From assembly GCF_006345805.1 (NCBI RefSeq), contig NW_021830047.1, positions 1-5,413 on the forward strand: DNA of 5,413 bases. The letters are read 5' to 3'. The number at the start of each line of letters is the position of its first letter. Within the stretch, counting starts at the first letter, position 1. Positions 1 to 5,413 of this stretch are shown one piece after another. This stretch comes from Octopus sinensis. Its lineage: Eukaryota. A program made the position numbers and the translations under genes. Under the pieces are notes generated by a model. It did no database searches. It was not told the DNA's origin and saw only the letters and a list, made by a program, of their open reading frames with translations.

Positions 1-17
1 ATGAGATTTTTAATACT

Positions 18-68
18 TCTTTCGCTCTCTCTTCTCCTTCTCTCTCTACCTCTACCTCCTCTCCCTCA
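18..68. repeat. Degenerate (CT)n/(CCT)n pyrimidine tract
   Basis: Directly visible. Confidence 0.85.
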
Positions 69-265
69 TGTACATATACTGTTTGCTGTTAAAAATGTTT
101 AAATTTAATAGTAATTATTTTCAGATTTCGAAAATTTAAAGATGTAGGTACTTTAGCTTTAGTTTATTAATGACTCAAGTAAACGAAATTTATAGTTTCT
201 CCAACTCATACAGCCACCAAACTTCGACAGAGACCCTTTATACGGCGTGCATATATATATATATA

Positions 266-460
266 CACAAAATGGGAAAAGAATGCAAAACATCCAGAAG
301 ACGATACAAAAAACACGGACGGGTCATTCGAAGCCTTTAATCTTCAGTCAAGAACTGGATCATCCTCGCAATTTCGGCTGATTAATCTTGAGATTGCTCC
401 AATCTGGCCAGCACCAAGGAAAAACTTAGCTAAGAGAATTAGATTCCTTGGAAAAAAGCT
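266..460. mobile_element. Probable interspersed repeat fragment, possibly Penelope-like terminal sequence
   Basis: A complex segment starts right after (AT)n and ends at a CA/TG tract. It contains the inverted repeat CCAAGGAA (414-421)/TTCCTTGG (444-451) around the palindrome CTTAGCTAAG (425-434). It resembles an octopus repeat I recall; this is unverified. Confidence 0.35.
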
Positions 461-461
461 T

Positions 462-545
462 CACACACGTATACGTGTGTGTGTGTGAGTGTGCATATAT
501 ATGTGTCTGTGCTTATGTGTATATGTGTCTGTCTATCTATCTTTG
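462..545. repeat. Compound (CA)/(TG)/(TA) microsatellite starting with a 20-bp perfect palindrome
   Basis: CACACACGTATACGTGTGTG at 462-481, followed by TG/TA repeats. Confidence 0.9.
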
Positions 546-578
546 TATACCATTTGTAACCTACATAGTTATTCATCT

Positions 579-626
<48 letters not shown>
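579..626. repeat. (TAC)16 perfect trinucleotide microsatellite
   Basis: Directly visible; source of the poly-T/Y/S ORFs. Confidence 0.97.
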
Positions 627-629
<3 letters not shown>

Positions 630-706
630 CACGCACTAGTATATGTAGGTCTGCTCGTACTTTTTCCCTTGTTTATTCCAGTATGTGCGCACAAGAAGGT
701 ACGTAG

Positions 707-942
707 TATGTATGTATGTATGTATGTATGTATGTATGTATGTATCTATGTGTGTGTACATCTATCTATCTATCTACCTATCCGACTGTGCATATATATA
801 TGATCGCAGATATACACATACATATATATTTCATACACATATACATATACACACATGTGCGGGCGCATACACACACATGCACATACACACACATATACAT
901 GCACACATATATGAAAAAGATAGATAGATAGAGAGAGAGAGA
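707..942. repeat. Compound microsatellite: (TATG)9, (ATCT)n, TA/CA, (GATA)n, (GA)n
   Basis: Directly visible. Confidence 0.93.
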
Positions 943-1023
943 ACGGGGAGCGAATGGCAGAAAGAAAGTGAGAGACACGTTGAAGAATGAAACAGATTCT
1001 TTGAAAATTCCAAATCAATTTAC

Positions 1024-1090
1024 GTTTCTAGAGAGTTCTTATAAGACGTTTCTTCCGACTTTAACCTTTTTTTTGTCTCCTCTCTTAAAA
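1024..1090 (-). CDS. Putative internal coding exon (67 nt, phase 1/2), [xTT]-LREETKKRLKSEETSYKNSLE-[AC.], charged and coiled-coil-like
   Basis: On the minus strand the acceptor is gttgtattccttgcttgtacAG (AG = plus 1092-1091) and the donor is AAAC|GTaaat (GT = plus 1023-1022). Only one frame is open, and it reads into TAA if unspliced. It is an island of complex sequence between microsatellites. Confidence 0.5.
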
Positions 1091-1156
1091 CTGTACAAGC
1101 AAGGAATACAACAAACCTAACAAAAGCAAAACAACGACCATTTTCCCTCACATCAA

Positions 1157-1503
1157 ATGTATGTGTACACATACATAGATACATACATACATATATATAT
1201 ATTGATTTATATATATGTGTGTTTGCGCGCGTGTGTGTAAATATATATGCATGTGTGCGTACATATGAAGCATACGTACATAGATACATACATACAGACA
1301 TATATATTTATGTGTATGTATATATACATACATACATACATACACACGCACATATATTTGTATATATACATATATATGTATATATATATATGTATATATA
1401 TGTGTATATATATATGTGTATAGATATATATATGTGTGTATAGATATATATATATGTGTATATATATGTATGTATATATATAAGTATATAATTTATGTGT
1501 GTA

Positions 1504-1541
<38 letters not shown>

Positions 1542-1692
1542 GTATGTACATATATATGTATGTATGTATATACATGTATGTATATATATATATACATATG
1601 TATGTATATATATATATATATATATGTATGTGTAGATATATATATATATATATACAAACACACATATATATGCATATACACACACATATATG
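1157..1692. repeat. Large degenerate (TA)n/(TATG)n/(CATA)n microsatellite field
   Basis: Directly visible, about 535 bp. Confidence 0.97.
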
Positions 1693-1864
1693 TTCCAACT
1701 GCTCAACTCGACCCTAGTTATTTACATCTATAAAATGTCGTCAAAACAATGTATTTCCGCCTATTTGCTTTAATGCAGTCTAAGCTGTTATTTTAACGTT
1801 AATGTATCAAATGCTTCGTTTTGCCCACACTTCATCGTCTAAAGAAAAAAGAAAATCAATTTCC

Positions 1865-1992
1865 GTAGTCGATTCTGCATCATGTCCTTCATCGCCAACG
1901 TCATCATCCACGTCGAATTTCCACCGAAGTCGTCATAGCTGTCGTCGCCATCGTATCCGTCGACGCCATCGTATCAGTCGTCGTCTACGTCG
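1865..1992. repeat. Degenerate (TCG/TCA)n trinucleotide repeat with an 18-bp tandem duplication
   Basis: GTCGTCGCCATCGTATCC (1941-1958) and GTCGACGCCATCGTATCA (1959-1976) differ at 2 positions. Confidence 0.8.
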
Positions 1993-2220
1993 GCTTATTG
2001 TGTTTTCTTTTTATTTTGTTGTATATTGTATGTGCATCTTTTCTTTTTTCGTCACGATTTATTATATTGCGTATTGCGTTATATTTTGTGTCGTACTGTT
2101 TGTTTCATTTGTAGCTATCAACGTTTATATGTTTCTTTCTTGAGTTGTGTGTAGTTGACCTACTCGTTTCTGAAACACGCATATGATTATATATATGTGT
2201 GTGTATGTGTGTGTATGTAT

Positions 2221-2328
2221 ACAGGCATCCAGCAACAGGACCTCCGTAATGCTATGATGGACCGTGAAGTCTGGCGTAACATAGTAAATTCCATTGTTTC
2301 GACCACGGTCGAACAATGATGATGATGA
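2221..2328 (+). mobile_element. 5'-truncated RTE-clade LINE 3' end (ORF C-terminus plus (TGA)4 tail)
   Basis: 2221-2319 translates as [32 protein letters not shown], containing the L..AM.DR..WR motif typical of RTE/BovB C-termini. The stop codon is the first unit of a (TGA)4 tail at 2317-2328. Confidence 0.8.
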
Positions 2329-2337
2329 TATATATAT

Positions 2338-2368
<31 letters not shown>

Positions 2369-2401
2369 TATATATATAGATAGATAGATAGATAGATAGA
2401 T

Positions 2402-2439
<38 letters not shown>

Positions 2440-2454
2440 TGTTATATATATGTG

Positions 2455-2504
<50 letters not shown>
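2328..2504. repeat. (TA)n/(GATA)n compound microsatellite
   Basis: Directly visible; begins at the RTE (TGA)n tail. Confidence 0.97.
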
Positions 2505-2508
<4 letters not shown>

Positions 2509-2600
2509 CTATATACTTTATTTAAAAGCAGCAGAAATTCAACAAAACCTGTTACTCGGGGTTTCACGTTCCCGTTCGTCGGACAGTTTTTGTTAAAATA
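2505..2600 (-). mobile_element. Probable Penelope-like element terminal (pLTR) remnant or retrozyme-like fragment
   Basis: A minimal hammerhead is followed on the same strand by AATAAA (plus 2517-2522) and then runs directly into a long (TA)n tract. Minimal hammerheads in pLTRs and insertion into simple repeats are established features of Penelope-like elements. No PLE coding sequence is visible. Confidence 0.5.
2541..2594 (-). ncRNA. Minimal type I hammerhead ribozyme fold with a U4C core variant
   Basis: Minus strand reads AACAAAAACUGU-CCGACGA-ACG GGAA CGU-GAAA-C CCCGA-GUA|ACAGGUUUUGUU. Stem I has 11 of 12 pairs, stem II is 3 bp with a GGAA (GNRA) loop, stem III is 2 bp, and the cleavage triplet is GUA. 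The core is CCGACGA rather than the canonical CUGANGA. Confidence 0.7.
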
Positions 2601-2610
2601 GAACCGATAT

Positions 2611-2624
2611 GCTCCTGCGCCTAT

Positions 2625-2661
<37 letters not shown>

Positions 2662-2672
2662 GGCGCAGGAGC
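2611..2672. repeat. Inverted repeat with 14-bp perfect arms around a (TA)n spacer
   Basis: GCTCCTGCGCCTAT (2611-2624) is the exact reverse complement of ATAGGCGCAGGAGC (2659-2672). Confidence 0.95.
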
Positions 2673-3102
2673 GGCTGAGTGGTGAGTAGCTTGCTTACTA
2701 ACCACATGGTTCCGGGTTCAGTCCCACTGCGTGGCACTTTAGGCAAGTGAGTTCAACTATTGCCTCGGGCCGATCAAAGCCTTGTGAGCGGATTTGGTAG
2801 ACGGAAACTGAAAGAAGCCCGTCGTATATTTATATATACATATATACATATATATATATGTGTGTGTGCGTGTATGGGGGGTGTATGTTTGTGTGTCTGT
2901 GTTTTTGTCCCCACCAACATTGCTGGACAACCGATACTGGTGTGTTTATCTCCCTGTAACTTAGCGGTTCGGCAAAAAGAGACCAATAGAATAAACACTG
3001 AGCTTACAAAGAATACTTCCTGGGTTCGTTTTGCTCGACTAAAGGCGGTACTCCAACATGGCCACGGTCAAATGACTGAAACAAGTAAAAGAATAAAAGA
3101 AT
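2662..3102 (+). mobile_element. Full-length tRNA-derived SINE of the abundant octopus type, with an internal TA/TG microsatellite
   Basis: A-box-like CGGCTGAGTGG at 2672-2682 and B-box-like GGTTCAGTCCC at 2715-2725. The following GGCACTTTAGGCAAGTG resembles the CORE-SINE/MIR core (GTGACCTTGGGCAAGT). Internal simple repeat at about 2824-2900; tail (AAAAGAAT)2 at 3087-3102. Family identity is from recall, not a database search. Confidence 0.85.
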
Positions 3103-3180
3103 ATATATATACACACAATCACACGCATATAAGGACATATATACACACGCACATATAAATATATATACAACAAATTATAC

Positions 3181-3218
<38 letters not shown>

Positions 3219-3280
3219 ATATATAATATATATATATAAAACACACTAACTTATACATACACAGAAACACACACACATAA
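3101..3280. repeat. TA/CA compound microsatellite
   Basis: Directly visible. Confidence 0.9.
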
Positions 3281-3416
3281 ATGTAACGCTAGCAGGCCGA
3301 AACTTCGAGGTTACTATCACATCACGTGTGTATAATATGTTCTCTACAAATATAATATTGAATAATTCATCAGTTTAATGTTAAATTGCTTTTGTTATAA
3401 CTCGAGACAAACTTTA

Positions 3417-3446
3417 ATACATACATACATACATGCATACATACAT

Positions 3447-3517
<71 letters not shown>

Positions 3518-3572
3518 CATATATCTTTATGTATATGTATGTGTATGTATATATATATATATGTATGTGTAT
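3417..3572. repeat. (CATA)n-(CA)n-(TA)n-(TATG)n compound microsatellite
   Basis: Directly visible. Confidence 0.95.
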
Positions 3573-3573
3573 G

Positions 3574-4103
3574 TCAGGTCACTTTCGAGTGCTACTGGTA
3601 ATATGTAACCCAGTAGAACCTGTTGCATGATCGGGTTGTCGGCGATTAAACCGGCAACCCCACCAAGCTTGCTTGGTGAGGAGGGTGTTTATTGGACAAA
3701 ACCCGTCAAAGAGCGGAGGAACTCTTGAGAGTCAACGGCCATCCAATAAATGTCTTAAGACTGTATCATGCACGGGGACAGAAATAATCGGACTGAATAC
3801 CCGATCGCACGGTTAAACCATTGGGAGTGAAGGACTCCTAGCCTTTGTTAGGGCATCCTTCTAGGAGAAAGTAACTCAGGCTAGGATAACTCCTATATAA
3901 AACCTGCGGCTCAGTGGTTACCGATGATGTTGACTTGATTTCTTTTCGGATTATGACTGATGTTGCTTAGTGAGTGGGATTGACTCAGTGCACAGCTTTT
4001 CCTCACTTTAAAAAAAATCTTCTTGCACAGGCATTGCACGATAACATCATTGATTAAGCTTCGTGCAATGGCCATACTCGATAACGAGGGGGCAGCCACC
4101 ATG
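3574..4103 (+). mobile_element. RTE-like LINE 5' UTR or non-autonomous element, truncated at the start codon
   Basis: AGGGCATCCTTCTAGGAGAAAGTAACTC (3850-3877) resembles the motif GGCAACCAGTCTAGGAGAAGGAAAACTC that I recall from RTE 5' regions. The segment is GC-richer than its flanks, has many hairpins, and ends in GCCACCATG (4095-4103) abutting a microsatellite. Confidence 0.5.
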
Positions 4104-4202
4104 TATATATATACATATATATATATATATGCATATATACACATATATACATGTATATATATATATGTATGTATATAACACACACACACACACACACACA
4201 CA

Positions 4203-4253
<51 letters not shown>
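4102..4253. repeat. (TA)n/(CA)n compound microsatellite
   Basis: Directly visible. Confidence 0.95.
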
Positions 4254-4256
<3 letters not shown>

Positions 4257-4415
4257 TTCCTGCTTGTTCTTTATGTTCTGAGTTCAAATGCCACCGGGGG
4301 GGGGGCGACCTTTCGGAGTCGATAAAATAAGTACAAGTTGGACACTCGGGTCAATGTAATCAACTTATAGACACCTCCGAAGCTGCTGGCCTTGTGCCAA
4401 AATTTAAGACAACAA
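4253..4415 (+). mobile_element. 5'-truncated, diverged tRNA-derived SINE (second octopus-type family) with a (CAA)n/(CTA)n tail
   Basis: B-box-like GAGTTCAAATGCC from 4280, then the body CCTTTCGGAGTCGATAAAATAAGTAC...GGGTCAATGTAATCAACT and 3' GGCCTTGTGCCAAAATTT leading into a trinucleotide tail. No A box is visible. Confidence 0.75.
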
Positions 4416-4461
4416 CAACAACAACTACTACTACTACTACTACTACTACTTACTACTACTA

Positions 4462-4517
<56 letters not shown>
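4408..4517. repeat. (CAA)n then (CTA)n trinucleotide array, the expanded SINE tail
   Basis: Directly visible; interrupted by CTTA and CCA variants. Confidence 0.95.
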
Positions 4518-4688
4518 GCAAATGGCCAACACTATAACCAACAATATGGCATAGGTTTTCAAGCGAGGAGATATGATAAATGTTAATCTTCGATTTAGTG
4601 TTTCCTTATAAATCTCATCTGATGCTTATATTCTGCTGTTTGTTATCATTATCACGGCTTGTTAAATAGAAGATTTTTTTTTTTTTAC

Positions 4689-4745
4689 TTTGATGCCTCT
4701 TGGCAAAGGTAGAGCGGTTCCTTATTTCATGACTAACAGATAATT
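4689..4745 (-). CDS. Putative internal coding exon (57 nt, phase 1/1), [xAA]-LSVSHEIRNRSTFAKRHQ-[A..], unidentified protein
   Basis: On the minus strand the acceptor is aaatgttttccttAG (AG = plus 4747-4746) and the donor is CAAA|GTaaaa (GT = plus 4688-4687). Only one of three frames is open. The sequence is unique and non-repetitive, and its end phase matches the start phase of the exon at 1090-1024. Confidence 0.5.
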
Positions 4746-4827
4746 CTAAGGAAAACATTTGTTTCGCTTTCAAACATCACAGCATGCGAGCACGCTAGCA
4801 GAGAAGAGGCCGTCTGCATCTAGTTTA

Positions 4828-4842
4828 GTATATGATATATAA

Positions 4843-4873
<31 letters not shown>

Positions 4874-5085
4874 TGTATGTGTGTATGTATTATATGTATG
4901 TATCTATATATCTATATATATGTATATAGTATATATATGTATATATATACATGTATATATACACATATATATGCATGTATGTATGTATGTATGTATGTAT
5001 GTATGTATGTATATACACACGTATATATACTGTGTTATATAATATTCGCATTCAATATTTATAATACAACGTTATGAGCATATAC

Positions 5086-5146
<61 letters not shown>

Positions 5147-5345
5147 TATATATATACGTATATATATATATGTATATATATAGTATATATATGTATATAT
5201 ATGTATATATTTATATATACATGTGTAGATATATAATATATATATATATATTATATATATATATATACCATGCATACAGATACAGACCTAGCAACATACG
5301 CACACACCTACATACACACATACACACACGCGTGCGCATATATAT
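4828..5345. repeat. Large (TG)n/(TATG)n/(TA)n/(CA)n microsatellite field
   Basis: Directly visible, with a short unique interruption near 5030-5080. Confidence 0.95.
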
Positions 5346-5413
5346 CTAGCAACTCTCAGTTTAAGCATCTCGGTCAGTTACCTAACCACATCAAACATTT
5401 CTTACACCAAATC

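Noticed and set aside
1-102. 33-aa ORF MRFLILLSLSLLLLSLPLPP... resembling a signal peptide
   Set aside because: The Leu/Ser/Pro run is produced by a degenerate CT repeat, it stops after 33 codons, and it is on the opposite strand to the inferred gene
125-147. Plus-strand micro-exon candidate (ttttcAG ... GTaggt or GTactt)
   Set aside because: It is only 19-23 nt, such signals are common by chance in AT-rich DNA, and it has no partner exon
368-397. GCAATC...GAAATTGC on the minus strand as a type III hammerhead
   Set aside because: Only 16 nt separate the two halves, too short for stem I, the core and stem II
1790-1840. Strong minus-strand acceptor ttttcttttttctttAG near 1840
   Set aside because: All three frames hit stops before a good donor, including the phase-1 frame needed to fit between the two exons
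1802-2143. 113-aa ORF with an Arg/Ser-rich, protamine-like stretch
   Set aside because: It derives from a degenerate (TCG/TCA)n repeat followed by T-rich low-complexity sequence; the acidic minus-strand readings are broken by stops
2662-2735. tRNA gene
   Set aside because: It has A/B-box-like motifs but no complete cloverleaf and continues into a SINE body
3290-3320. CCGAAAC-TTCGAG-GTT resembling the 3' half of a hammerhead
   Set aside because: There is no CUGANGA-like core or stem II upstream and no stem I; the CTGATGA at 3372-3366 is on the other strand with no GAAA partner
3894-3902. TATATAAAA as a TATA box
   Set aside because: It lies inside a repeat element in an AT-rich genome, with no supporting evidence for a promoter
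3286-4801. 10-bp direct repeat ACGCTAGCAG at 3286-3295 and 4792-4801 as a possible target-site duplication
   Set aside because: It does not sit at the boundaries of any single element and the similarity does not extend; plausibly chance
439-5349. Six-frame ORFs rich in Y/I/C/V/M/H/T
   Set aside because: They are translations of TA/TG/CA/CTA microsatellites or read through SINE sequence, with no protein-like complexity. Only the end of ORF 1020..1301(-) overlaps a plausible exon.

Overview
This is AT-rich eukaryotic genomic DNA, about half of it microsatellite. It is most likely from an octopus or other coleoid cephalopod; that is inferred from the SINE families and the (TA)n/(GATA)n/(CTA)n density. 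No intact gene is present, and the supplied ORFs are simple-repeat artefacts or cross repeat elements. The exception is the 3' end of ORF 1020..1301(-), which overlaps a likely real exon. Two short minus-strand exons with compatible phases (4745-4689 and 1090-1024) suggest the window is mostly a ~3.6 kb intron of an unidentified gene. That intron contains an RTE LINE 3' end, a tRNA-derived SINE, a highly structured RTE-like 5' UTR, a 5'-truncated second SINE, and a minus-strand type I hammerhead ribozyme fold (2541-2594) in a probable Penelope-like element remnant. The hammerhead sits next to a fold-back copy of the SINE head.
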